From assembly GCA_030704615.1 (NCBI GenBank), contig CM060733.1, forward strand, positions 35,092,001-35,156,000: a stretch of DNA of 64,000 nucleotides. Reading direction: 5' to 3'. The stretch's first letter is position 1. Every line of letters starts with the position of its first letter. The notes under the pieces are model-generated. The model did not search any database and was not told the origin of the DNA. It saw only the letters and a list, made by a program, of their open reading frames with translations. Positions 24,801 through 38,139 of this stretch are shown here, piece by piece. The DNA is from Takakia lepidozioides. Lineage: Eukaryota > Plantae > Bryophyta. The translations under genes were made by a program, and so were the position numbers.

Positions 24801-25502
24801 TCCAGGCCCTTCTTTGCTGACCGCTCAGGCTCAGGGGGCGGTGTCGCTGATCGGCTAGGCCGCTCCAAACTGGCCCATACATCCTCCTCCCCCCCCCCCC
24901 AACGACGCAATGGCGTGAGCGCGCGAGCGTACGCTCACGCAGGAGTGACGTGGCGTGAGCCTGCACCCACGCTGACGTGGTATGAGCGTCATGTCAGCAT
25001 GCTAATGTGGCGGCAAATGATGACGTGGCACTGTCCGTCATCTGCCACGTCAACATTAACATGCGCCGCCTATAACCAAGGATGGTCCTATGACCGTGGA
25101 ATTAATGCAGGGAATCTTGCCTAAATAGAATCAAGACTACCACGAGGCCTACAATTGTAGCATCCAACATTGTGCAATTACAAATGCTTGTTTCACTTTT
25201 ACAATTACGATGACGAGAAAATATCCTCACAAAGTGTGTGCCATAGAGGCTGCCACGGGAAGACCTTCCTCCCTCCTCAAATAACAATGAGAGTTAGGAT
25301 CATCTTCAAAAGATGATTGTAGTGCATAGCGACAGCAAGACATGTAGACTTCGAACGGTGCAATGACAAATGTGCTTTTAAAAGTTGTCACTCAGAGCTC
25401 ACTCCGTATAGTTGGAGGCCATATCATTGCACCGCCGACGAATTGATGTGAATTACACATTTCAAATCATGTTCGTCCACATACCACATTGCATAGTTGA
25501 TG

Positions 25503-28500
25503 CTACCCATGTGTTGTATCCCGCTGCAATAGAGTATCGACCTCGTTGAAACTCATAATGGCCTGGTGAATGAAGTTGTCACGTTTGGGAACGCAAACCA
25601 TCCTCTTCAAAAATATGAAATACAAATGTTTGCAGGGTATAAATTTACCTCTCTTGCCCAAACTGGTTGATAACATATTCACAAAATCAGGACATGTGCA
25701 ATTGGGGAAATTGGAAACCGTGATGTCGTACGTCCTGTCATGAACAGTAGATGTGGAAGTGATGATTGTGAATACCTGACCATATCCTGGATCGGGTACT
25801 TCCGTGGTGCTTCCAACACGAGCTTGGAGCATTTTTGCGGACTCCACTTTGCCAAAGTGTTCAGCGGTTGGAGGGAAACGCCGAACGAGCTTTCCATCTC
25901 GTTTGGTTGGCCACAAGTCAGGGATTTGTCGGGGGGACCCGGGAGGACGCAGAAGTAGTAGCACATGCATGGAGTTGGGGTTGTCTAGCAAGGGAAAAGC
26001 CTGCCTCCTCCAACATTTCAATCTCCCGAAATCTGAGATGTGTTCCCACCTTCACGAGCCAAACGGTTGGAGGAGATGGCTTCATCACTACGGAAGGACG
26101 CACAGTTCCATGCACACATCTGGCACAATCATCTGCGCAGAACCAGAACTTGTGGTTCTTGGCTTCTGGTTGACCGTATGGACGCATCAAACTCGTGAAA
26201 GTCAGAGCAGGAGTTCGGGCACCACCTCTGGATATAGATGAAGTGCACTTTTTGAAATTAGTTGCCCTGATCGCTGTACATTTCACACGAGACCCTACAC
26301 TTGTGCGTTCTATGTACCAAACGTGGTCGGGGCATGCGGACTCAAGCACATCAACGGGGTTGTTTCTCTCCTGCACCATTTTAGTGGCACTGTTTGATGC
26401 TGGAGCTTGCCGTCGTGTTGGAGGTTCCTCCACAATGGAGGTTCCGGACATGGAGCTGTCATGCAGGGGAACACGAGGCTTCGAGAAGTTATCACGGTCT
26501 GCCCTATGCGAATCGGAATCCGAACCAGGTGGAGTGTTCAATTTCCTCTTACAGGAGCTGAATCTCTCCTCCCCTTCAAGATGTGGAACTCTAGAAACAA
26601 GTGACATTCCCTGGCATACATGCTCACCGCCCGTGCTATCTTGATTGGATCCCCAGATCTGTTTGCAGCACGCAACATCAACTCCCATTTGTCCGGACCC
26701 TTGCCACCAACCCCACCTCGCAAGAAATCACGGTATCGGGTTTGTTGTTGCAAGGCACGTATCAAATCATCTGTTGTTGCCACATACAAATCTCGACCTC
26801 GTTTCTCAGACTGCTGTAACCATGCGTTGTGCACAGTTTCTGCCAAATTGCAAGATGGCATGTCCGCCATTTTCTTAATGGACATGTTCTGCAAAGTGGA
26901 GAACAACACTTCAAAACAGTGAACAGAAAACAACATAAAGAAAGCGAAGAGACAATAAAATGGAAAGTAAATGTATGAATAAAGCAAGAAATATAAGCCT
27001 CGTACCACTGCCATGGCTGCTCCCCACTGTCTATACCGGAAGTGCCAAAACGCCAGCCAATCTTCCAATGCTCTCATACTCTCAAGTGATGCAGCTCCAG
27101 AAGAGAACCACCAGGCACGAATTGTCTGGAACAAAGTGTCCGCCTCATTCATTGTTCTAGCATCTTTGTACTCTTTGCACAATTTATGGTGCTGAGTTTG
27201 CATCTCTGGTTTGATGTCCGACTTTGTATGTTTTTCCAGAGATTGTGTCCAATGGAATAGACATATACGCTCTCTTCCTCACATTGGCACTTTTGGGTCG
27301 CCCGATCCGAAGACAATATGAACAGCATTGAAATTTGCTTGAGCACTATCCGCCATGAAACTTGCGAAATTTGGAGATGGCAGCCCATGGCAGCCCATGA
27401 CACGTATTAGGGAATTCCACATGAGCTTCTGGAATTCCGTATCCTCGGATTGCATGTCACAAACTGCAATTGTCATAACTTGTTGGTACACTGGATCGTA
27501 GACATGACAAGCCATTGTCGTCCAATCCTTCACTCGTTTCACATGATCAAAAATAAGAAAACAGTTATGCAAGTCCCCAGTCTTCTGCATCCGCTTCACG
27601 AGGCTAACCCCACTGCCCTCCCCAACAGTCGACATTTTGAAAAGAAAAACTTTGATGACACCTTGACCTGGGAATACATTGTCCTGGATGTAATCGTACT
27701 TGCTCACTCGTTTCAACTCCAAAATGTTGTCTATGCAGCCTCTGATACCAGAGCCCATTCTTAATGCATTGATCTGATGCCGAATGTTAGGTGAACTCAA
27801 AGTGGAGAAATGATCCATGACCAGGTCCAATGCTGCACCGTCAAGTTTAGTCCCCACAGAATCCCCTTCACTCAAAATATGGCTTTTCAATAAGGACTTG
27901 CTTGCGCTAAGAGCAATTGCAGATGTTGTTGCGGATGGGTTTTTCCCGAACTCCTGTTTAATCAACCTCGATACTATCTCAACACTCTCCCTGTAATCCC
28001 CCTTTGAGACAGGATGGTTATGGAATCCAAAATGCACACAAGCTCTTGTCATTGTTTTCAAACGGTGGACAACATAGTACATTCTTGCTCCGCAGAGCGC
28101 CAAGCAGGATGGCACAAGTTTGCAGAATTTGCAGACGAAAGTGTTTGCCGGTGGTGGGGCAGTCCCAGGCTGAAATGGATTTTCCGCCAGACCCTCCCAT
28201 TCGCTTTGATTATGAACCCCAGACTGAAGAAAGTGTCTGCAAGTCAAATTATCACACCTAAGGTGTACATTGCAAACTGTTCTCCTGAAAACAAGCTTGT
28301 CATCATTCTGAATATTGGAAGTTTTTGTTCTGCACCACGAGTGCCTGTCGTGTTTCTTGTCCATTCCATGCATCATGATTGTTACACCTCTAACTCGCGG
28401 AGGAGGAGGCAGTTCGAATAGGATATCGCCATCAAAAGTCTCTGGCAAGAACTTCACAGGCACCTGCTTCAAAGATTCCCAATCAATTCCTCGCAACTCA

Positions 28501-29018
28501 CTTTTGAATCCAGCCATTCCTCCCATCGCCCGTAGTTTTGGAATGACACTACAAATCTTTTCTTCATCCGCTTCCACAACCACAGTAGGAAGGACTGGAT
28601 TTGGAATTTCACTTATGTCATCATCGGACGAATCCGAAAGCTCAACGATTGGAGTGGAGTACGTCTGTTCTTTTTTCACCACCACCTCTCTCTTGTCTTC
28701 AACGACCGAAGCAGCAGTCCCGGGCGTCACATATGACCCAAGGGACTTTCGTCGAGGCTCTCCAAGTACTCTGTATCGACCAGGGTGCACTCTCCACTGG
28801 TTGACATGAGTCGTCTCATCACGGTTTTGGAAAGAGTATTTCAACAACTTCCCTTTCAAATCGTACACCTCTTTCTCCAAAAAGATGGAGCCATTCTGCC
28901 GCTGAAAACGGGTAGCCAAGACATGTTCTAGAACAATTGCAAATCCATTGTCAAGGACTTCCTGGGAGAACGGCACCGGTTTGTCGTCAGAGAAGAACTC
29001 CGCTTTAGAGGAAGCCAT
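25503..29018 (-). mobile_element. Mutator/MULE-like transposase pseudogene (GCM/WRKY-like Zn domain, DDE core, SWIM finger)
   Basis: HSWCRTKTSN...C..HLRC..C...CKFC...CVHFGFHNHP; FDHVKRV...MACHVYD; FMADSAQANFNAV...CLFHW; SCNLAETVHNAW; SWIM CTCPDF...PCKHLYFIF. In-frame TGA at 27279-27281, a probable intron near 26890-27005, and frameshifts. Confidence 0.8.
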
Positions 29019-29876
29019 CTTCCTTCCTCGCGTACGTTGATACCTTGCTATCGCAGACCTTCAGTGTAAATCGGTTTACTGATGTCTCCAGAACACAGTT
29101 GAAGAATGAGCAGAGAATATGGCGGAGGAAGCTCAGACGATGACTGTGCATATTCTGTTATTCCTTCAAGATATGCAGCCGTCTATTTTAATTACTTTTC
29201 TTGTGGGCCCAGTGGTCAGAGTATCCCTAGGAGCAATGTCGGCAGCTGTTAAACCGTTAATCAAAACCTCATCAATAAACACAATAACAAGCCGACTTCC
29301 TGGAAGCATGCCACAGGATCTGAGGGTGGGATTGCAGATTAAGTAAATGTATCTTTATACTACTACCAATGATCATGCGCACCTGGAAAGTTCAAAATGT
29401 GAAACGAACGTAGGGTTGGCTAACAAGGATGAACGTGTATAATATCCCAAAATTTGTCATCAAACTCTCGTTCATTTACATACATTTGTCTAAGACTGTG
29501 CGCAAAGATTTCTGGGATTCGCTGTTATTTTTAAATATTGAAACCGTTCTAATAAAAGAACACGCGGTTTATTTTGGGCGACACGCGTCAGACATCGATA
29601 ACTGAATACGAACAGCTGTAAACTAATTGCTGGCATGTGCACTAATAAGGGAACGACTATGTGTAACGGTCACGCGAGAGGGAATCTGATGCTTCTAGAG
29701 ACAAGCAACAACGCACGTAATCCCGCAAGAAATCGGGAGTCGCTTCGTTTTTCTGCTTTTCGCGCTTAGAGGGAGAGTGGTAGTCAAGCTGGAGAGGGTT
29801 CCTTCCACAATACGAAAGAGAAGAAAGTCTCTTTATTTTACTTCCCTTAGAGAGAGACGCAGAGCAAGAGAGCAAA

Positions 29877-32160
29877 TGACGAGGCGTCATTTGTTGGAGA
29901 ACACAGGGCCAAGGCAGCAGGTGATTGCGGAGACTGATTCAGAAGAGCAGACTGAGACTGAGGTAGCGGTTGTGACACAGTCGGCGATAGCAATGCGCGT
30001 TCGAAACCAGGCTGTGGATGCAGAGATGACTCGCAGGGAAACTGAAGGAGGTGGAAGTATGAGGAACGCTGAACCGGGAGAAGGTCCAGAAACCCTAGAG
30101 CAGACAGAAATTCCAGCAGATGTGAGAGGGAAGAGGAAAGCTGCAGAAGGGGATCCAATTTCAAAACCTAAGAAGGCGCCAGTAAGTTTTCTCTAACTTA
30201 CATCTCATTGTTGAAGATCTGCGTAGAGATTGAGTGGAATGTCCCAGAAAGGGATTGTCGCTACCGACCATCACTATGAAACAACGGTGATTTGCTTTCT
30301 ACTCATTTGTTAAGGGTTTATCGCACAATGAGTGGGTGACTGACGGTACCGTCATTCACTATTGTTCAGATCATACAGTCTATCTGATAGCCTTTCAAGT
30401 AGTCCTTCCTCTTCCCTTCTTTAGCAGGAACATGTGATTGAAGTCTACTGAATTGCGAGCGTCGTTAACGCCATTCGATTCTCCTCATGAGATTTATGTA
30501 CCTATGTGTTTGAAGAGAGAGTGGGGATCGGCATATTCAGTCATATTGTTTTGCTTGCATTGCATTGCAACCTCAAACCTTGTTTTGTTTTGCTTGCGAC
30601 GTTCATCACAATGGAGTCAATCTGACGTATCTGCACTTATTGTCCGCCCTAAACTATACTGAATGTCGTTGCCGCCAATCACTTACACATACATGTCATT
30701 GCACAACACCGATCCGGCAGGTCCCACTCTTTTGTGATTGTCGTTAACGCCGTTCATTCTTGCTCAAAACCTTTCTGTTCCTGTGTCTCTAGAATCATAG
30801 TGTTTTGTTTTGAATTCGGCAAGATCAGCTTTGTTTGTGTAGATGGTTCTGAATTTGTTTCATACCATTCATTGTTGGGACGAGACAGAGTGATGGTCGT
30901 TACCGCCGTTCACTATTTGCACATTACTCAGTCAGATTTGAATGGCATCGTGCAAAAAACTGTGAGGTCCAAGCCTACAGGATCAGAGGGGAAAGGATCT
31001 GGAGATGGGGACGAGTCTGGAAAAAGCTCAGAAAGCAGATGAATCTGAAGTGCACTACCTTGACAAGGTGAAACAACTCATGTCATTCAAGAAGGTAAAC
31101 TCTCAGGAGGTTATAAGGGACATGCTCGTATCTGGAGGGCGTCTGGACATCCCTCTATGCCGGATGATATCTATGCCTGTTGTGCGTCCACCTCTTTCCC
31201 ATGACATAATAAAATTGGAGAGTGATTTCGTGCATGGATACAGATTTGGTGCACAAGTTTTTTATGTATCACTGACGGATATAAATGGGAAAAGCACATT
31301 AGTGTCTCCAGAGATCAGTGATACCTGGGATGAGTGCTGGAAAGATGCTAATGAGGAGTTCGAGCTGGGCCTCATGATGGGAAAGAACACCCAGCAATTC
31401 TGCAACCACATGTTCTACGTCTGGGACGGCAACCACCGATTGCTGGCATGGATGGGATACATTCAGAAACATCATGCGAAAGACAAAGACAAGCATGTTG
31501 TTGTGGAGGCAATGGTTTTGGATCTTGGAAACGACATCGCTAGGCTTCTTACAGCTATGCACGACGTGAACAAGTAAGTCATCCTAGAGACTTCATTCCC
31601 TCTATAGTGTCTTGTTAATCCCAAAAAAACAGTGTTAAAGAATGCAATGTTTCCAATGTTTTTGCAGATCGACAGAGAAATTGCATGTGACAACAAGCTT
31701 GGTCCACACACTATTCCGAATTCAGAGGATTGGTATGATGAAGCTGGATGATTTTCGGACTGTACTCCCCCCAATATAATCAAGAAGTGCGAAACAGGAA
31801 GAGCTGCATGTACTTGGTATTCTTTGACTCGAGAGGCCTTTCTGGAGTACATGTATGCGGTAAGCCCAAGTCTGTACTCAGTTTACTTTTCGAATACATG
31901 TTTGTAGTTCTTTCGGTGCTAATCACTATTTGAATCAATGCAGCAAGAACTGGCAGAGGCAGCTGAGAAGGGAAAATCCGAATATTACCGCACTACACCA
32001 GAGGAACTAAGGACATCAAAGGGTGTGGAAGTAGCAATAAAGAAGGAGTTTGAAATGCGAAGAACCCAATTGATGTCCGCCTTCGGAAAGCAGCTTAGAA
32101 TAGTAGATCCTGGACTTGGTTATGAGTTCCTTCAGCAGATCAAATCTCACTATGACAAGC
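29877..32160 (+). pseudogene. Multi-exon gene with a ParB/sulfiredoxin-like domain, divergent from the MULE transposase; probable transposon accessory gene
   Basis: Exon-like blocks 29877-30181, about 30936-31573 (IPLCRMISMPVVRPPL...FYVWDGNHRLLAW...LLTAMHDVN|gtaag), 31668-31859 and 31944-32160. DGNHR is the ParB/Srx signature. Frameshifts present. Confidence 0.6.
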
Positions 32161-33501
32161 ATGTGCATCCGTGTGTTTGCCAAGGTACATTTCACCCGTC
32201 TTGGTGGCCGGGGGTGTGCTCAACTGAGCATCCAACTCAGCAACAACCTCCCGAATAGGAGAACTGGTAGAGCCGGCCCCTGGCGCATCCAAGATGTGGA
32301 CAAGAGGGGTACTGGCCTGGGGCAGACGAGCCCTCCGGCTGCGGCTACTATGACACTTCCTCCCAAATTCACAGCACAGTGTTGGGACCAACCAGATGGT
32401 TTCAAAAACTGTATGTGGCTTTGCAAGGCTGGAATATGGCATCGCTTTCTCAGTATCCAATAGTTTTGATCAATATGTTGCTGCCCAGATAACCAATTAG
32501 GTGCATTGTGTGGGCAATTTCTTTCCTGAATGTACTCATTTGTTCTCTACCTCCAGGTGGCCTCCTTCCTCATCCCCCTGTCCATAAAACCTCATCGCTA
32601 TCTGCAGGCCTCCTGCCCAGCAATCACCTGGAAATTATGGGAAATCAATCTCAATCCAACGCGCTTTGGAGAATGTTTAGGGCGGCGCAGAGTGTACATT
32701 CCACACCTTCCGAGCTCTTCTCGCATATGGCCAGGCTTACAGGCAGAGTGGCCTCGGGAAGGGTTTGGAGGCCCCGAGATGCCTCCAGCAACGAAGGTCA
32801 TGGTAGAGTGCCCCAAGGCATGTATGGCCCCCACAAGTGCTTGCATGCTCACTGTAGGCGAAATCCTGAGACTTTCCAGTAATACTGCCATTGATACGGA
32901 GTGATAAGCTTGGCTTGAACGAACTAGTCAGCGAGAAAGGATCACATCTATGAGTGAACAAGGGTGGTTTCAGCTCGGCATCACTTTGAAGCATAATTTC
33001 AACAAAGACATCGAGATTTGGCACTCATACCGGTGTAACCTGATACACCATTGTGATGGCATGGCTGCAAGTGTTTCTACACTAAAACAAGAACCGAGTG
33101 AGCTATGGCTGGGTCGTGCCGCTCTAAACTTCCACCCAGTTGAGAATCTGCCATGAAATAGTAGTTAATTGGTAGAACCATACTCCTCAGGGCTTTGACC
33201 TCGTTACACTATTGCAACACCCACAAGCTCGAGAGAACATCCTTTGGTTTCCGATCAGCACGCAGCCCTGCCTCTTTTCTTCACCGAGCCCACTCAAAAC
33301 AGCTGTGAGAGATTGATTGCTCCACAGGCGCTGCTTGATTGCTGGCAAGTTCAGACATCTTGGAGGGAGATCTGGAGAAGGCGAAGCAGGAACAACCTTT
33401 CATCCACAGGGGCCGCATGCTTCAACCCTACAGTGCTGTTTCTTTCATCCGCCGAGCGCAGGGATACAGACAGCTCGTGCATCAGTAGTGAATCTGCAGC
33501 G

Positions 33502-36081
33502 ATGGCGGACACAGACACCCAGCAGAAGGGTGCACGCATCATCGACGGGAAGGCCATAGCCCAAACCATTCACCTCGAAATCGCTCAAGAGGTTTCCAAG
33601 CTCAAGGAGCAATATAGCCGGGTAAACCCATCTCTCTCTCATTTCTCTGGGATTCGGTTGCACGTGCAGCCTCTACTCTGGAATCCTTCTGGTGGGAATC
33701 AGAAGTCCATCATGTGAATTTCTAAAATATGGGTTTGTTAGAGGCTGACAGTCCATTGTTCCAGCTTTTGAACGCACATCCACTCTGTTAGTGAGAGATC
33801 TGTAGCAGTTTCGGACGCAGCTGACAAGGCAAATGCAAAGCAATGGAATGTACTGGCTATCAAACCACGGCACTGACAATAGCATTCTCTGGCTGTTTGC
33901 TTCTCACAGTCCCCAGTGCTGGCGGTTGTATTAGTAGGGGAGAGAAAAGACTCTCAGACCTACGTGCGCATGAAAAGAAAGGCATGCGCAGAGGTGGGCA
34001 TTTTATCAATCAACAAAGACTTGCCAGGGGATGCGACTGAAGAAACAATTCTCGACACAGTTTTAGATCTCAATGTGGACCCCAATGTCCATGGTGTGCA
34101 CTTCCATCTTCACCTTTGTAATTTTTCTAGCAATATTGTTAGCATACGGCTACACACCCGGTCAATTACAATCTGCCTCCCTCCAACCTTCCTGCTGTAG
34201 TGAAATTCTACTCAGGGTAGGTTGCACTACTGGAGGTGGCCTTCCACTATTGGCAGTGGCCCATTCCACTTCCTCCCCCGGCCCCCCCCCCTCCCTTTTC
34301 TGCTTCTTAAATATGAGGATGGGGCTGTGGCCACAATGGTACTTGCAAAGCAAAAAGTACACTTGGTACTAAATCTCTGTATGTCTTGCTCACACTACGA
34401 ATCTGAGTTCTCTGCAATCCTCCGCATGGTAGAGCAGTCTATGCATTGTGCAATGTGGTTACTGGGAACTAATGTGGAAGTCAGATGTGCATCTCAATGT
34501 GGCAGAATCTCTACCTCCCATGAATTTACGATCTAATCAACTACTTGGTAGCATGTGAAGAGAGAATACTGGTTGTATCATAAGGGCTGAAAACAATCAT
34601 GGCCAGGGAATGAAACTAAGCTTGATTATGGGTTGATCAGTGTGGGTAGATTGTTATTTGATCAAGCTTTATTACCTTCTAAGCAGGGGCTTGGGTAGGG
34701 CAGGGATTCTTGTGCAGTTGCCACTGCCAAAGCATGTGAATGAAGAGAGAATCTTGAGTGCTGTTGGTGTGGAAAAGGATGTAGATGGCTTGCATCCGCT
34801 CAATGTGGGCAACCTTTGCATGAAGGGACGCAAACCTTTGTATGTTCCATGCACACCCCAGGTATTGTCTCATACCTTGTGTATTCCTGAATCAACACTA
34901 GTTCATTGCTCAAAAGAGTCTGGAAGAATTGTAAGGGGGTGCTTTCATTGTGGTTTGGATTGTCTCAATGGCAGGGATGCATTGAGCTTTTGGAGAGAAG
35001 TGGGGTGGAAATAGCAGGGAAGAGGGCGGTGGTCCTGGGCCGGAGTAATATTGTGGGTATCCCCGCAGCAATGCTTCTCAACAAGAAAGATGCTACAGTT
35101 ACGATCGTGCACTCACGGACTGTGGATCCTCACCTCATAGTGTCAGAAGCTGACATTCTTATCGCTGCAGCGGGCCAGGCACTAATGGTATAGGTTCAGA
35201 CTCATTTGACAATTGGATTCCATCTCAATGTGTTAGCTCTCTGCCTCATCAATCAGATAGTCTTTTGATCTTCCAAACAACCATTTCAACGATCTGCCAT
35301 CCAGGCGAGAGTGAGTTGCGGAAGCACATTTCATTATTGTAGCTAGTTATAAGTCCTCAAGTATATCAGAAGAAGCTTGGTTGGTGGTGTTTTCAGGTTA
35401 AAGGGGATTGGATCAAGCCAGGGGCAGCAATAATTGATGTAGGGACAAATGCAATTGATGACCCAAGCAAAAAGCTGGGATACAGACTAGTTGGCGACGT
35501 GGACTACGAAGAGGCTAAAAAGGTGGCAGGCTGGATAACTCCTGTTCCAGGTAAAAATTGCACCAGATGATGCGGGGATCTCCTCTTCCTCTCTCTGCTC
35601 TCTCCTGTAGAGTCTTGTAATGTGTGTGTTTTTACAATGATGGGTCACAGATTGCCACCTTTTTTGGAACTGTTCATAGCATTGGAATCAGAGAGAGAGA
35701 GAGATCCATGAAGTTGTCCTTGTGCAATACTAACCCTCCTGGAAACAGTCACGAGGTTCCAACCCACCACCATGGAACCGCAGCCATAGCTCTTATGCAC
35801 AGCTGATGGAAAGAGAGACAAGCCTCCGGCCGAAGGCGGCGTAAAAAAGAGTCGGATAGAAATCCCATCACAGGGATTGAGCGCTGATATAACAGCAACA
35901 TGTTGGTTGGAGCAGTGCTACCCCCATGAGTCCCCTTATCTGGTTGAAATGAAACATTTTGGATAATCTCATATTTTCTCATGTTGTACTATTTGCAGGT
36001 GGGGTGGGGCCTATGACAATCGCCATGTTGCTACGCAACACTCTCGAGGGTGCAAAACTTGCCTTCGCACAACTAAACTGA
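33502..36081 (+). CDS. FOLD: Bifunctional methylenetetrahydrofolate dehydrogenase/cyclohydrolase (FolD, cytosolic FOLD2/MTHFD1-like), 6 exons
   Basis: Exons 33502-33621, 33910-34093, 34704-34861, 34975-35187, 35397-35550, 35999-36081 with GT-AG borders. Motifs [68 protein letters not shown]. Confidence 0.96.
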
Positions 36082-36488
36082 GATCCAATTCTGGCCAGCA
36101 TTGATAATCCGTTACATTCACAATCATTGATTTCGAGATTTAGTAAGAAAGGAACTCAACTGGAATTACCTTTCCATATTATTGAGCACCTTTATTTGCA
36201 TTTCAATTGCAGGCTTCGCCAAAGACAGTTTGCCGGAAATGGAAGGAATCCATATTACTTCCAAGGCAAAAACGAAACTTTCTAAGATATTAGGTGAAAT
36301 TGAACTTACCTGCTGATAGCTTGACTTGGGGCTATGGTGATAGACTGTTCATATGAAATCACAGAAATTGAGGACTTATTTGCTCCAGCAAATTGTTGTG
36401 GAAATCTCCTGGGCTTTTGGACAACCAAGTAGAGGATAAGCTAATTTTCGAGGGTCACTTCCAGCCGGGTGCCACAAAATCTGCCAAT

Positions 36489-37772
36489 CTAAATGGCAGC
36501 TTGAAGCTCAGTCTTGTCCTCCATAAAGACTGCTTTGAATAGGTTTTTGTCAAGATCATAGTTCCAGTTTCCATTCCTCACTAGAAGTGCACCAATGCGT
36601 CCAATTTCGTCAGAAGATTTGGCTGCTGCTCCGCAGCCCCCAGTGGCCACAAAGACTTTTGTCTCATAGGAAGCCTGCTTGCCATCCACTGCATCAATGT
36701 AGGGATAACCGTGAGAGGTGTATGTAACAATGCATGGCTTCTTTTGTAAGGAATTGTAAGAAAGATCTGGAATCAATTGTAGGAGAACACTTTGTAAAAC
36801 GTCAACCTGAGCTTGTCCACCTTCACCGTGAAACCACTTCACGAAATCCTCGTGGCTTGATTTAGTCAGTGGGTCGTATTCTGTGTCCCCGATCTTCAGG
36901 TACGATTTGCCATCTGGATAGCGAATAGGTGGACATGCATAAATAGAATGCAAAGTGGGATGTGAATCTAGACGCCAAATGATTGAAGGCATGCCTTGCA
37001 ATCTCTTCTCTTCCTTCTCTCCAATTTCAGCCAGCAGCACTGACACAAGCTTAGTCTCCAGAACTAACTTCGAACTAGGAAGCAAGTAGTTGGAATAGGC
37101 ATCCGCACATATCAGGACTTTGAAAGCTGACAACACCTTTCCTCCGTCGGTGGTAATGGTCACGCCATTGCTGCTGGTTTCGACTGCTATCACAGTCTCT
37201 GGCACAAGGTAAGCCCCGTGTTTCTTAGCAACCGCTAACTGGGCTTTGACCATGGCCCTTGGATTCACGTACCCCGCCCCTCCGGTCTCTACGACACCGG
37301 CGTGATTGCTCTCAAAATGGAAGTATGGAAACCGCTGCTTCAGCTCGCCCACCCCATCTATCAATTGCACTGCTGCTCCATTTTCTTTTCCAACCTCAAA
37401 AGCTGTAGGCAAACTGTCACCCGCTTGTTTGTATAAGGGGGTGACTCTAAGAGATCCAACCGGATGATGAAAGCAGATTCCACTTTCCTCCTCAATGAGA
37501 CTATAGCTGGCAATTGATCGGGCTGCAAGCTTCGACCATACAGGGTCCTCGTCCACAATACGTGTGATGCGTCCCTCGTCATAATGAGAGGCAAACACTC
37601 CTGTATGGGCCTCCCAATCTGCAGGCTCTGGAGGTCCAATACCCACCACTGATTCTGATGCGAGAGAGAGATGGCGGCAGGCAGCTGACCCAATCATGCC
37701 CAACCCTAGCACAGCCACAGAAAAGACAGTGGACTCATGAAGCTGTGCCATAGCTCCAATCAACTTCTGCAT
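36489..37772 (-). CDS. Intronless FAD-dependent oxidoreductase, sarcosine oxidase/DAO family
   Basis: Intact 427-aa ORF; Rossmann motif VAVLGLGMIGSAA, ASHYDEGRITR, GYVNPRAMV, C-terminal GYPYID...GGCGAAAKSSDEIG. Confidence 0.88.
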   Translation of the reverse strand: MQKLIGAMAQLHESTVFSVAVLGLGMIGSAACRHLSLASESVVGIGPPEPADWEAHTGVFASHYDEGRITRIVDEDPVWSKLAARSIASYSLIEEESGICFHHPVGSLRVTPLYKQAGDSLPTAFEVGKENGAAVQLIDGVGELKQRFPYFHFESNHAGVVETGGAGYVNPRAMVKAQLAVAKKHGAYLVPETVIAVETSSNGVTITTDGGKVLSAFKVLICADAYSNYLLPSSKLVLETKLVSVLLAEIGEKEEKRLQGMPSIIWRLDSHPTLHSIYACPPIRYPDGKSYLKIGDTEYDPLTKSSHEDFVKWFHGEGGQAQVDVLQSVLLQLIPDLSYNSLQKKPCIVTYTSHGYPYIDAVDGKQASYETKVFVATGGCGAAAKSSDEIGRIGALLVRNGNWNYDLDKNLFKAVFMEDKTELQAAI

Positions 37773-38139
37773 GAGTGAAAGGAATCGTACAAATCAGAAA
37801 CATGAACAAGAGTTTGTTGAATTGGCAAAATTGAAGCTTCAGACCGGCCTCTGGATGGCAATAGAAATGGAAATCTTGAGTGCAGTGGTGAGAATTGGAC
37901 ATGAGAACTGCGAAAATCCGGTGGGTTTCTTACTTGAGCTGAAATTTGAACAAATCTCGCTTCATCAAACGCTTCAACTTACCCTTTTGAGGTAACTGTC
38001 TACTTCATGAAAGTGGAAGTTCGAGAAAAGGAGACTTGTTAGAGGACTTCGTGTATGGATTGATAGAAGACCTAGGCACTCCCGCTGCATAATTCGAACC
38101 CAAGAGACAAAGTCAGAGACAGAGAGATGCATGGAAAAC

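Noticed and set aside
27738-27750. Reverse-complement tRNA-Met PBS-like sequence (ctctgatacca)
   Set aside because: Lies inside the open MULE transposase frame with no adjacent LTR; likely chance.
34190-34232. tgtagtg / cactac motifs in FolD intron 2 as the missing end of the CACTA at 22507
   Set aside because: The match does not extend into the TIR, the TSD (TTG) is absent, and it would place FolD exons 1-2 inside the element.
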